From: Amoebidium appalachense
Taxonomy: Eukaryota; Protista; Ichthyosporea
DNA length: 64,000 bases
Direction: 5' to 3'
Assembly: GCA_963693365.1 (NCBI GenBank)
Contig: CAVNZM010000006.1
Coordinates: forward strand, 1-64,000
Positions 29,468 to 42,330 of the stretch are shown here, piece after piece. The position numbers and the translations under genes are program-made. Numbering within the stretch: position 1 is the stretch's first letter; each line of letters opens with the position of its first letter. The notes beneath the pieces were generated by a model that was given only the letters and a program-made list of their open reading frames with translations, ran no database searches and had not been told where the DNA came from.

Positions 29468-32400
29468 CTACTCAGAAACCACTCGATGATGAAAACCAGT
29501 GCACGGGTCAGTCACGGAGACTGAGGTTGGCACGCCGTGTGTGTCGTGGGCCGGACCAGCCAGAGGCTTGGTGAAGATGTCGGCCAGGTTCTTCTTGGTG
29601 TCGATGTAGGTGACAGTGACGTCCCCACTGTTGATGTAGTCCTTTGTGTTGAAGTAACGAACGGCAATGTGCTTGGTCCGGTGCTTGATGGTGTTGGAGT
29701 GGACCAGAGCAATGGTGGACTGATTGTCACAGTACACGGGGGTGGGCTCGGTCATGGGGTAGCCCAGCTCCTTTAGTAGATCACGGTGCCAGACAACATC
29801 TTGCACGGCAGCATTGAGGGCCAGGAGCTCGGCCTCACAGGTGGAAGTTGCAGTGATCGTCTGCAGCTTGGAGTGGTAGGTGACGGGGGAGCCTTCGAGG
29901 AGGATGACGTACCCAGACGTGGAACGACGGGTGGTCACGGTGGGGCAACCAGCAAAGTCAGAATCCGAGTAGCACTCAAGGATGGGCACCTTGCTGTTGG
30001 GGGCCTTCTTCTTGTAGTAGAGGCCGAGGTTGATGGTGCCGAGCAGGTAACGAACGACACGGAGGAGAAGCTCCCAGGCAGTCTTGGTGGGCTTGGAGCT
30101 GAATCGGCCGAGGTAGCTAATGGCATACGAGATGTCAGGCCGGGAGCACCGAGCAACCCACAGCAGACGGCCGAGGAGTTCACGGTAGGGGACGGTGGTG
30201 GGCAGGGATGAGAGGGAGGTCTCGTTGATGATGGTGCCCACGGGAATAGGGGTGGCCTTAGGCTTGGCATCGACCAGGTTGAAGTCGGTGATGATGTCCT
30301 TGATGTAGGAGGACTGCAGCAGCTTGAGGGAGTCACGGGTGTACAGCAGTTGGGTGCCGAGGAAGATGTCTGGCAGACCGACCTTGCACTCGGCAGACTT
30401 CGTGATGTGACGAACAAGCCCCTGCATGATGGTGGAGTTCCGTGTGCAGGTGATGATGGCATCATCAACGTAGTTGCCCGAACGGATGATGTGCCCGTTG
30501 GGGAACTGACGGAAGTAGACACACGGATCGGAACGGAGACGGGTGAGGCCGTGGGCAATGAGAATGGAGTTGAAGAACTCGTACCATGCCAGGGATGCCT
30601 GCTTGAGGCCGTAGAGGGCCTTCTTGAGTTTCCAGACTTTGTGTTCATTGCCAGGGAGGATAAAACCAGGAGGTTGCTCCATGTACAAAGTCTCGTCGAG
30701 GGGGCTGTTGAGGAAGGCCGTGCTGATGTCGAGTTGATGGATCTCGTGGTCCTGTTGCACACCGAGGGCAAGCAGGGCACGGACGGAGGAGGACATGACG
30801 ACGGGGGAAGAGTTTTCACCGTAGTCAACACCGTAGACTTGGGTGAAACCCTTGGCCACACCACGACCCTTGATCTTGGTGTCACCAGCAGAGTTGAGGA
30901 CCTTCTCCGTGACAATCCACTTGAATCGGATGATGTTGGCATCGGAGGGGGGCTCAACTACGTCGAAGATGTCCTTGTCGATGAAAGCCTTGTACTCGGC
31001 AGTGAGGGCAGTCACCACTTCATCACCCTTGGTGCCAGAGCACAGTTTCTGAATTGACCGGGGCAGCTGAGACACATCAAGGCTGGGTCGGGAGATGCTC
31101 ACCATAGCCATGGCAGGCCGGGAGGAGAGACGGGAGGAACGACGGGGGACGGTACGGAGTGGCTCAGGGGCCGGGGGGGTGTCTGGGACAGACACTCGGT
31201 GGTCGGGGATGGGGGCCTGGAAGCCAGGGATGGGTGCCGTGTTGAGGGGGGAGTCGGATAACACGGGGCTGGACGGGGCCGAGTGGAACTCCGGAGACCC
31301 AGGACGAACCGGGGTGAGATGACCAGGTACGTGGTCATTGACGGCAGGGGCCGGCAGCAGGGGTTGCTGGCCGGTGGGGGGGGGGGGGGTGGAGCCACGG
31401 GGGCAGGTACACGACGGGGGGAACGACGGATAATCACCGACGGAATTTCATCGTCATCGGAATTGGAATTTCCGGAATGCAGGGATGAATCGATTGAGGT
31501 CGTCTGATTGGTGGCCTGCACAGAAATCTGATTGGATGCCGTGGTGAATTGTGATTCGTCGAAGACGACATCGCGGTAGAGGTTGACCGTGTTGCCACGT
31601 AGATTCATGATCTTGTGGGCTTTGTTGGTGATATCCCAGCCCACGTAGGTGCCGAGTTTGACGGTAGAGGCCAACTTGTCTCGTTTGGATGCAGGGACGT
31701 GTACATAGGCTGGGCAGCCGAACACGTGCAGGTGGGAGATGTCAGGCTTGACACCGTAGAAAATTTCAAACGGTGTACGGCCATTGGCAGCTCTGGCCGG
31801 GGTCACGTTGATGATGTAGGCAGCATGCTTGAGAGCAGCTCCCCACAGTTTGGGGGAAAGGGAGTCGGCCTTGTCCTGATGAAGGAAGCACCGAACGATC
31901 TCCTGCAGATCCCTCATCTTACGTTCAACGAAGCCGTTGAGTTGGGGGCAGTCAACCGGGGCAAGTTCCTGAATGATGCCCTTGGACTGGCAGTACTGCT
32001 CCATAGCGTGGGAGGTGAACTCGGACCCAGAGTCTGAACGGAAGTGGGTCACCACCTTGTCGGGTTGCTTGTCAGTAGTCTCAACCAGGGCCTTGACGTA
32101 TTCGAGAGTTTCGGATCGATCACGGAGGAGGTACACGATGGTGTAGCCGGAGGCATCACAGGTACACACGAGGGCCACCTTGTAGCCACCATAGGAGGCA
32201 CAGGGAGGCTCGAAGAAGTCCATGTGCCACTTGGCACCGGGGAAGGGGCACTGGGTTCTGGTGCCGGAGAATGGGGCCTTGGTGGTCTTGCCGGAGACAC
32301 AACCGAAGCAGTCAGTGGTGTCAGCCACTGAGAGGGATGAGGGGAGGCCTGTCACGAGGTCACCTCTCACCATCTTGGTGAGGGTGGACAGGGCACGATG

Positions 32401-33947
32401 GCCGAGACGGTGGTGCCAGAGCTGAGGATCATTGTTGACCTTGACGTTGGCTACCAGAGCAGTGACGGTCCGAGGGATGGAGGGACGTATCTCATAGTCA
32501 GTGATGAAGTACAGTCCATCTGTGCCTGTGAGGGAACACACGATGTTGCCACCACGAGTGTAGAGGTATGATGGGAATGCATCCTCATCATCGAGGTGGG
32601 CAAGGAGACCCGACTTGGAGGCCATTGAGGGTGATATCAGGAAGGCTGGGGAGTCGGGTACATAGAGGGTGTTGAGGCTCAGTACTGATGTTACTCCGTT
32701 GTAGGTGACGGCCAGGTTGATGACACCACGGTGATGTGCAGTGACGATGCCGAGGCCGTGGACGTCAGTCGGGGGGCATGGCTCAAGAGTAGAGAAGTAC
32801 TCTTTTACTGGGCACATGTGGACGTTTGAAGCCGAGTCCCAGCAGGGGTCCATGGGTAGGGAGGCCGTGGTGGACACGAGGGCAAAATGCACCTCTTTTC
32901 CAGACTTGGTGTTGGCACGGTGACGACGGGCAATTGAGCAGCCAGGTTTGTCACACTGTGTGTGACATGATGGTCTTCGTGACAGTAGGCACAGTCGAGG
33001 GAGCCAGTGGTCTTGGCTCGGGGTGGCTGGGAATGACGGTTACCCCCTTTACGTGGGGGGTAAGGTGACCGGGAACGATAGCCGGGGGAACGGGACCGTG
33101 AGTAATCACGGTCAACTGAGGGGGATCGATCGGTGGGACGACCGCGGGGGTGACGGGAGACGGAGCTGTCACGTCGGGGGATCCGGTGTCTGAGGTCGTC
33201 CTTGGTGAGTACACGGCTTTGCAGGGCACGTGCTGTTCGGACGGTGCAGGAGGACCCGGACCCAGAGTCGATGAGACCTTCACGGATCTCTGCAGCTCTG
33301 ATGTCACTGATTAGACGGTTGTAGGTCTCGTAGTTAATGGTACGACGGAAGTAGTCGGCAATCATGGCCTGGATGTCGGTACAAACTAACTTACGGTTCT
33401 TCTTGAGGTGGATGAAGAAGTTATCAACCATAGTCTTGTGAGGAATGGGCTCTTCGAGGATGTGCAGGGTAGTGCACAGACGGCGTCCCATGGTGAGGTA
33501 GGCCGTGACGGTCTTGAAGTCTTTGAGTTCAAGCTCATGGTAGTCGAGGAGGATTTGACGAGCACGATCTTCACGTTCAGCCGCATAGGTCATACGGAGG
33601 TTGTGGAAAGCTTGGGCAGGTGACACATCATCGTGGATTTGACCAGAGTTATACAGCTCATCATTGGAGACGAGTTGAGTAAACATCTGTTCAAGGAGGT
33701 TGGAAGCCTCGGCCCGGTCGGTGTAGGCCTCCTCAGTGTCGTAGCCGTGCCACTCATTCTCGTCGGAAGGGTCGACCCACTCGGGGGCCTTGATGACGGG
33801 CACTAACTTGGCCGCGGTGGTGGTACGTAGGTACCGGAAGATGACGGGTTCCCACTCATAATAGGTGAGACGTTTGCCGGACTTCTTGTCCGTGGTGTCA
33901 TCCCCTTTCCAGGGGGTGAGGTTGAGATACGCAGGTTTCTCCGACAT
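29468..33947 (-). CDS. Copia gag-pol polyprotein, in three frames because of two frameshifts
   Basis: Gag with zinc knuckle CAYCHEDHHVT(Q)C. Protease WDSASNVHM. LWHHRLGH and C..C. Integrase HMDF, SDSGSEF and NGFVER. RT HQLDISTAFLN, LYGLKQA and YVDD. RNase H YSDSDFAG, EAE, DNQS and ADIFTK. The frameshifts fall in a CA run (~32960) and a poly-C run (~31380). Confidence 0.93.
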
Positions 33948-34054
33948 GGTGATCAATCAGTCAGATGATGCGTGAGAGAGGAATCAGATCGGTATTCAAA
34001 TTTGAATATTTTTGATTGCAGCGAGAGTATGTGTTTGCGAGAGCGTGCGAAAAT

Positions 34055-34066
34055 GGGCCTTTAACC
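34055..34066 (-). promoter_or_regulatory. Copia primer-binding site (half-tRNA type)
   Basis: GGTTAAAGGCCC lies immediately after the LTR terminal CA and resembles the GGTTATGRGCCC PBS of Drosophila copia and Ty5. Confidence 0.7.
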
Positions 34067-34818
34067 TGTTGTTTTGTACGGGTCTAAGGGAGCAGAGTGC
34101 ACAGAGGTGTCATGTAAAAACACGACTAACACATTAATGAGAGGGCAATCGGAGTTGTTCACGAGACATTGAAAGATTTCAAACAACAACTGGATCTTTA
34201 TTGTGCTCTCGGTTCCTTTTGTACTTGCGACTTATCACCTTATCACAACTAAAGAGGGAGAACCAATCGGTTCTATCAGAAGATAGAAAAACACATTCCG
34301 ACAGAGCATACGCATTCCAACTTCCGATTAAACTAAAGTGTAGAAACTCTTACTTAAATAAATTAAGTAATTATACATCTAGTCACTATTAACTCACATA
34401 TATATTTATGTTCGTCTCTATAAAGAAACTTATTTAAATACATATATTTCCTAACAGTCGACACTCTCAAAGTGAAGACACTTTGCAATAAACCGAATTC
34501 CATATATATCTATTGTCCAATCACAACACACATATATTAACAGACAGGAATGCACAACACAATCTACAGATGTACTCGCTCGCGACTATTGGCGAGCCAT
34601 CCTTTTGAGAACAAAACTAAGCCATTTTGAAATAAAGGAAAGACAACGAGTGAGGCTAGCCAATCACGCTACCTCTCAGATAAACAGAGGAGAGCAAACA
34701 GAAATAAAAACACAATAAGTTCTTATCAGGCAAGAGAGTCAGGTGTGCACAGATCTACCGATATCTGTGCCCACAGAAACAAGGGAGAGAGAGATACGGG
34801 GGGGGGGGGGGGGGGGGG

Positions 34819-34862
<44 letters not shown>

Positions 34863-34960
34863 ACAAAGGAGGAAAGCAGACACGAATACAAACAAGCTAG
34901 GACACTGGCACATACATACTTCAAGGCTCTTGCTGTCATACATGGTGACGTATTCCAACA
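34067..34960 (-). repeat. Copia 5' LTR (894 bp)
   Basis: Direct repeat of 27908-28783, followed on the minus strand by PBS GGTTAAAGGCCC. Confidence 0.96.
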
Positions 34961-37188
34961 CTTTCTCCCGTGCTTCCGCCCCGTAATCGTGCAGAGTCCC
35001 CCCCCCCCCCCCCCCCGCCCCCGCCTTTTGTTGTCCTTCTTGGTGAGTTTTTTCCGGCTTTTTTCGAACTCGGGTTTATTCCAAATTCGTGGCTTGACAC
35101 AATCGTTACGCCCGTTATCGCAGGGGGTCATTAACGACTTTCGTCCCGTCACACTTACCAACATTTTTCGTCGGCTCTTCGAGGGTTGCATGCTTCGCGC
35201 ATTTAACACCGACGATTTTTTAAACGCCGTGTTCCGTCTTTCTTCCCTTCAAGGGGGCTTTCGTCATGCCTATTCGTGTTATACTCACAGCCTGTTACTC
35301 AACTCGATGAATCCATTACTTCTGGCTCTCCACACGTTGTCTTCATCGACCTTAAGAACGCCTACGACACCGTACCCACTGGTTTGTTATGGCATAAGCT
35401 GGCTATGGGGGGCTTACCAGCCCCCTTTGGCCGTCTTCTGCAAGCGTTGTTCGATACCACTCGCGGACGAGCGGCGGTCAATGGAACATTAACACCCAGT
35501 TTTTCTCGTTCTCGGGGTCTTCTGCAGGGGTCCCTCCTGAGTCCGTTGTTGTTTGAAGTTTTCATTGACGATTTAGCCTGCGCCCTCGAAACCTTTGGCC
35601 AACTGCCTACCCGCCGTGTACCGGGTCTCCTTTTTGCGGACAATATTGTTCTTTGTTCCTTAACCGAAGATGCCATGCACCAGATGCTTCGTCAGGTGGA
35701 TCAATGGTGCACCGAGAATCTCATGACAGTCGGAATTGCAAAGTGTGCGACTTTTTCGAAAAATGCTTCCTTTCGACTGGCCGGTCTTCCTATTCCTGTT
35801 AAGAGCACCTATGACTATTTGGGTATTCCTTTTAAGTTACTGCACGGGGTATTGATTTCCGCAAGCTCCTCACGGCACGGATCGCTCGTGCGAAGGGTAA
35901 GCTTCACATCGTGTCAAATATGTTTCAACGGGAGTCTGTGATCCATCCGGCAAACTTTCTTCTCTACTATAAAACTTTTTTACGGCCGGCTTTCGAATAT
36001 GGACTTCCGCTATTGGCCTGCGCCCCACCTCGTGAGGCGGCCGTGGCGCTGAAAGAGTTCGTCGATTTTCAGGGTACTGCGCTGCGCACTTTGTTTCGTA
36101 CTCGGTTTGTGACTCCCTTAATCAGTATGTTTGGATTGTCGTCTTCTGTTTGTCAAATGGAGGAATTGTCTCTTCGTTTTTGTTTTCATTTAGTTAGGAT
36201 ACCTGATGGTCACCCTCTTTATGCTTTCTTTCCCCCCCTCCCTCCATCTCTCTGCCCCCCCGATTCACCAACGCTACTTCTGAATGTCCTCAGCCTACCC
36301 TCTTTCAACCTGATTCTTCCTCTCGCTATCTCACTCAAAGTTTCTTTTCTCTTCCTGTTTTTTCTGCCTTTTCGCGTTATTACCATACGCAGTATAAGTT
36401 TCTTTCTCGTTCCAGATAGAGAAATCAAAGGTAAAACTCAGTGCATGTGTTATGTTCCTAAGGCAACACCGTACTGATCATTAATATCGCTTTTTGGGAG
36501 CTTGGGCAGGATATATTTCTCCTGCTGTACGTATGGATACCACCCTAGTAGATAAGTCTGTATGGTGCTCTGATGTTGATATTGCCTGGGAAGTTGTGCA
36601 GTGGCGTTGTAATTTTTGTTTTCATCGCCGCTGGTGCCACTTTTGTGCTGAACTTTTTAATCGCAAGCATGTTGATAGGTGTGAATTTTTATGTCGCGTT
36701 TTACGTCTTTCCCTACGGGTGTCTGCTACACTGGCTGGCAATGTGACTACTTTAGACTTTTTGTTGAATTCTGTTGGTCGTCACATTGAGTATTTATATG
36801 ATTTTCACACAGTGTTCAGGTATGTCAGTATGCACTTGTTACTGGATAACTCGTGAAGTTTTCATTGTCTTCTCAGTATGCCGTGCATACTTGCATATCT
36901 TTCCGTCGAATGAATCCAGTCAAAAGAAAGAGAAAAAAAATGACCCCCAATCAGTTAGATCGCCTTTTTATAGCCCGAGCTCCAACAGACATTTTACTCG
37001 CGGATTGTAATGGGGGTCGATTTGGGTGATTCACGATTGTCCAAATTATGTCAGAGTACGTGAATTGGCTTGACTGCATTTTTTTTTACGTTTTTTTACT
37101 TGTAATGTTTTTGGCTCAACATTGAAAGTAAATTCATCCGGGGAACAGCGCAAAGAGTACAACTGCATCTTGTCTTCGGTAGCTCAGC

Positions 37189-37996
37189 ATGTGTTTTCTA
37201 GAAGATGCGCATGCCCTTGGATTGGTTGGACAAAGCAATAAACTTTTGGGGCACTGGTGGTCATGTGAGAGCCTGTCAAGAATCAAGAGCCTCATGGCAT
37301 GTCAGCGTGCTTATTTGACAATGGATACAAATAACAACCCAACATTAATATTAATCAAAAAATCTACGAGGCTCGACACCTCTGGTATAGCAACAATTGA
37401 TGTTCGTGACTTCCGGTTGTGTTTGAAAAAAATCGATGCCGATTCTATTTTTTCGCCCGACGTCAAAGTACATCGCTCCTACAAAGCTGATTGGGATGAC
37501 ATTGTTGGCAAATGCATCGCGTTCATGACATATAGTGACAGTGCTCTATACGACCAAGACCCATGGCCTGTGACCGCTGAAGAAAAAGAGGTTTTCAGTT
37601 GTGTTGGCCGAGTAAACATATTTATATGCCGCTACCTCCGCCGTGAACGCCCAGAAGAAGGACGAGATCGGGGCCCTTTCTCGTCAGATTAAAGTGCTAC
37701 AGGCACAGAAATCCAAACTCACAAGCGAGGTGTACAACAACGAACAGCGTCTGAAGCGATATCACAACGTCGAGCCGAAAGAGTGTCATTTTGGTTGTGG
37801 TCTGTCTCGCCGCGGCGGTTCTGGCGACTCCGTCAAACGACGTAAGAGTAGTCGTGGCGATTTTGGTGGTGGTGGTGGTGGTGATGATGATGATGCGCTT
37901 GCTTTGTATGTTGAGTTGGAGTCTTTGGAGGAACATGTGCGTTTGGATCGTACGCGTGGCCCGTTGAACGATTATGTCAGATTACGAGCCAGATGA
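37189..37996 (+). CDS. Unknown protein(s): a globular N-terminal ORF overlapping a coiled-coil ORF with a basic NLS-like tract
   Basis: ORFs 37189-37692 and 37643-37996 overlap and may be joined by a short intron (GTAAAC at 37611) or a frameshift. The sequence is repeat-free and lower in GC than host exons. It contains IGALSRQIKVLQAQKSKLTSEVYNNEQRL and KRRKSSR. Confidence 0.45.
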
Positions 37997-38324
37997 CGAG
38001 AGTGAAAGTGAAAATAGTGGTGATGACGACAACAGTGTATCTCTGGTTGTGCACCATAACACATCTTGTCCCTCTCTCCTTTTCTGTCCAAATACGATTG
38101 TACAATCCGATCATACCGAGTATGAATGAGCTGTATGTAGAAAAAATCGACACTCACCTTTTTGGAATTTATATGCTCGAGTTTAGTTTAGATTATCGAT
38201 GCTGATCAGAATTTGTGGTTTGGGAATCAGTGTTATACCCGCATTGTAGCTAATGTAAAACCCCGCGAAGTATACACAGATCCCTGTTTTTGTCCAAACC
38301 CCCCCCCCCCCCCCCCCCCCCCCA

Positions 38325-38545
38325 GGGCCGGCGAGGCCTGCGAGGCCTGCGAGTGCCTCACGTGCCTCGCGTGCCTCATGTGCCTCGCGTGCCTCGCGTG
38401 CATGCCTGCCCCCCCTGCCTCACGTGCATGCCTGCCCCCCTGCCTCACGTGCATGCCTGCCCCCCTGCCTCACGTGCATGCCTGTCCCCCCTGCCTCCCC
38501 TGCCTCACGTGCCTCCCCCTGCCCCCCTGCCTCCCCTGCCCCTGC
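38325..38545. repeat. Short-period GTGCCTCRC and CATGCCTGCCCCCCTGCCTCACGTG repeats
   Basis: 9-bp and 25-bp tandem units are visible directly. Confidence 0.85.
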
Positions 38546-38637
38546 CCGGGTCAAGACTTAGCTTCTTTCACTCCCTCTCTCGTGTGTAGATTTAGCTTTT
38601 TTTGCTCCCCTGCCTGTCGTGTAGACTTAGCTTTCTT

Positions 38638-38675
<38 letters not shown>

Positions 38676-39063
38676 CGTGCCCGTGTCCATACTTAGACGT
38701 TTTGCTCCCCGTCCCCCGTTCCCCGTTCCCCGGCCCGGTCCTTAGTGTGACACTATGTTATCGCGTTTAAGATTTAAATCGATGTGTCTGCGCTGGGGCA
38801 AGCTGTGCCATCATCAAAATGTGAGCCCCGCGGCGGGTGAGCGCAGTCGTAATATTGCGACTTGAAATCACGGCAACCTTGACTTCAACCAAGTCAAGCT
38901 ATGCAGACTTGACTCATTAGTAGAAATGGTGAGAGGAGCTGGTGACTTGTCCTGACTTTCATTTGCGACTTGAGACTTCAGGTGACTTTTTACTTTTGCA
39001 TTGTAGCGATACGCGATGCTAGCCCTACATGTGGGCGAGCCCGGGAAAGAAGAGAAACACACG

Positions 39064-39125
<62 letters not shown>

Positions 39126-39240
39126 AACACATGTACACAAACACACACACACGTGCACACACACTGGTAGGGTACGAGCACAGCAGTTTCGTGAAGCAGT
39201 GACTTGAAGTCACATGTGCACACATGTGCACATCCCTGCA

Positions 39241-39368
39241 GAAAAAAATCGCCACACACATGCAGGTATACATATACACGCACACAACCATACACGCAAA
39301 TGTGACTTTGATATACATGCACAAGCATTCAATGGCATGTAAGGACCACAATCACGAACGCGCGCGCG

Positions 39369-39399
<31 letters not shown>

Positions 39400-39469
39400 A
39401 TACACCGTGTACAACCACACACACTGTAGCACACACACACATGCACACACGCACACACACACGCACACA

Positions 39470-39523
<54 letters not shown>

Positions 39524-39583
39524 GTGCACACACACACACTGTAGCACACACACACATGCACACACGCACACACACGCACACGC

Positions 39584-39641
<58 letters not shown>

Positions 39642-39751
39642 CACACACACGCACACAGACATATATATATATATATACATACACACACAACACACCCACC
39701 CACGTGCACACACACCGTGTGTGTACACACACTGACACATATACACACGTG

Positions 39752-39784
<33 letters not shown>

Positions 39785-40066
39785 GGCACACACACACACA
39801 CGCACACACAAACACACTGCACACTACGCATGGCACAGGCAAACACACGGTCTGTGCAGTCGCACATACACACACAGACGCGCGCGCCCACGTGTACACA
39901 CAGACAAGGCACACCATTGCCATGCACATGCGCACACACACGCACACACGCACACACACACACCCCGTGCAATCACACAAGCGTACACAGACGCGCTGCG
40001 TCAGCGCGGACCGTTAACACACACCGTACAAGCAGAGAGAGAGAGATACAGAGAGAAAGAGAGAGC

Positions 40067-40114
<48 letters not shown>

Positions 40115-40490
40115 CTCAGGGTGGGGAGTGTGTGTGTGTGTGTGTGTGTGTGTGCACGTGTGTGCCTGGCGTGTACACAAGGTTTTGATTGTAGCAGACT
40201 CCGAGACTACCCACATGTGAACAGATGTTGTGTTCGAACCTCATTCAACTCAACTAGAACCTGAAACATACATATATTAAAGAAGATGCTCCACAGTGAG
40301 CAAAGGCAGAAATCGCCAAACACATGCATGTACACGCACACACACAATCATACACACAAATGTGACTTTGATACACATGCCCAAGCGCCCAAGGGCATGT
40401 AAGCACGCGCGCGTACACACACACACACCGCACACACACACACACTGCTAGCACACACGCACACATGCACACATGCACATGCACACACGC

Positions 40491-40524
<34 letters not shown>

Positions 40525-40562
40525 GTGACACACACATACACACGTGTACACACACACACACA

Positions 40563-40620
<58 letters not shown>

Positions 40621-40777
40621 AACACACACACACATGTATACACACACATATACACACAACACACCCGCCGTGCACACACACGCACACACGCACACACACA
40701 CCCCGTGCAGTCACAAAGCGCACACAGACGCGCTGCGTCAGCGCACACCGTAAACACACACCGTATAAGCCGAGACT

Positions 40778-40811
<34 letters not shown>

Positions 40812-40845
40812 GAGAGAGAGAGAGAGAGAGAGCCTCGCAGAGAGG

Positions 40846-40891
<46 letters not shown>

Positions 40892-40930
40892 CAGGGGGGG
40901 GGGGGGGGGGAGTGTGTGTGTGTGTGTGTC
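39241..40930. repeat. Two diverged copies of a CA-rich unit (about 39241-40160 and 40308-40930)
   Basis: Shared anchors in the same order: AAATCGCCA, AAATGTGACTTTGATA, CCCCGTGCA, ACAGACGCGCTGCGTCAGCGC and (GA)n-CTCAGGG. Confidence 0.8.
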
Positions 40931-41458
40931 AAATTGATTCGACCGAAGTTGGGCCCACATCGCTGTGCGTGGAACCCGCTAGATCGTTTATTGTCACATG
41001 TATACCAGTACGTGGAATCTTGTTGGATTTTCATCTTTATTTTTATCACCCGTCGGTGCCCAAATCCACCAGATTTCGAGCATAAAACACTTCAATAAAT
41101 GCTGTCCAAGTACATAAAAGTCAAGCACATGTTTGTACTTGTTTTCGTTCGCATGTTTTGAGGTCTCGTGATTTGTGCCAATTGCAATGTTGGCCACTCG
41201 ACTGATGAACACACGAGCACGTGCAAATTCAATCCGTTTAAAAATACGCATGATGGCACACGTACACGTGCACAGGGGCCCTCAAACACGCGCTCTCTTT
41301 CCTTCTAAGTGCAAACAATGACGTAGTTGCTGCTCCATACATCGAAGTCTACAAACTTTCGGACATACATACTCGGTCCAGCAATTGCAACCCAATTGCA
41401 GACCCGGCCCCCAAACGTTTACACGTCAGACTCTCGAAGGTGACTAGCCTCCCTCCGG

Positions 41459-41492
<34 letters not shown>

Positions 41493-41693
41493 ACCACCAC
41501 CACCACCATCCCCCTTCCCCACAATTGCAATTGCAACCATCACCACCACACACACACACACACACGTGCACACCACACACACAGATCCACATCTGTTATA
41601 CTGAAAGCATTCCCGCACGCCTGCAGCACGTTCACGCACACACACCCACATACCCACTCATGCATGTGCACCCACACACACCTACCGTACACG

Positions 41694-41731
<38 letters not shown>

Positions 41732-42330
41732 CATGCAACTCGCCCGTACATAGATCTCACCCCGACCCATGCCTCCCAGGATCCTCTAATGATAGATGAG
41801 ACCCCATGCCATTGGCCTGCAGGAGCACACCCATCGTATGCCCACTGCCAATTACATATGCTGGCAGGACACTGCCTGACAGTGTGTTCATAGAGCGTGC
41901 ACCTGGTTGGCCACTGCAAACACGTGGCATGGGCAGGCCACGTGAACTTACTCTGCTCAAGTAACCTACATTTAAATTAAAATTTAATAGATATAAAAGT
42001 AGATGGTAGCTTGCATGCAACAACAATAATGATTACGTATAGAGAGACATATGTACAGCAAGCAGCCACACCAACTCCAGGACGGGCCCAGTCCATACAG
42101 CAGTAAGCATATATGAGGCAAATAGGGTGCCTGGCCCTATCTTGCACGGACAGCCATGCCCGACTCTCCCCGTGTGACCCATCACCCCCAAACGTGTTTG
42201 GCCACTCCAGCAACTGCACGTGATTTTCATGCCAGCCACGCCTACTCCCTAATGATTGCTACTTGCATATATAATGGGCGATGCCCCCGGTGTGCACCAG
42301 CATTCAGCCCCTCACACTGCACCCATGGCC

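Larger units (their letters stand above)
27908..34960 (-). mobile_element. Ty1/copia LTR retrotransposon, structurally complete and young
   Basis: Near-identical LTRs (TGTTG...CAACA), TSD CTTTC (27903-27907 and 34961-34965), PBS next to the 5' LTR, PPT GAGTGGGGA next to the 3' LTR, and domain order gag-PR-IN-RT-RH. Confidence 0.97.
25947..36856 (+). pseudogene. LINE ORF2 (APE endonuclease - reverse transcriptase - Cys/His domain), with frameshifts and nested insertions
   Basis: Fragments lie at 25947-26516, 27201-27907 and 34966-36856. The RT catalytic motif reads FADN instead of Y/FADD, and there are several frameshifts. Confidence 0.9.
24643..36934 (+). mobile_element. Full-length degenerate non-LTR (LINE) retrotransposon, ORF1 plus APE-RT ORF2, interrupted by two LTR-type insertions
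   Basis: TSD AAAAAATGAC at 24633-24642 and 36935-36944, with an A-rich 3' tail. Tandem ~96-bp 5' monomers at 24643 and 24739. APE motifs FWNVHGL, LAETW, VYFPP, IGDFN and SDHSPV. RT motifs KACGPDAL, FRPVTL, QGGFR, FIDLKNAYD, GLLQGSLLSPLLF, LFADN and YDYLGI. C-terminal C..C....NRKHV..C. Confidence 0.92.

Noticed and set aside
32950-32970. Programmed gag-pol frameshift
   Set aside because: The shift falls inside the zinc knuckle at a CA run, and copia elements usually have a single ORF, so slippage or error is more likely.
38868-41085. HT- and CV-repeat ORFs here and across the window
   Set aside because: They are translations of (CA)n/(TG)n microsatellites.
21891-41190. CCAATTGCAATG at both island edges as a TSD
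   Set aside because: CAATTGCA recurs several times near 41380-41530, so it looks like a local motif. No termini are adjacent.
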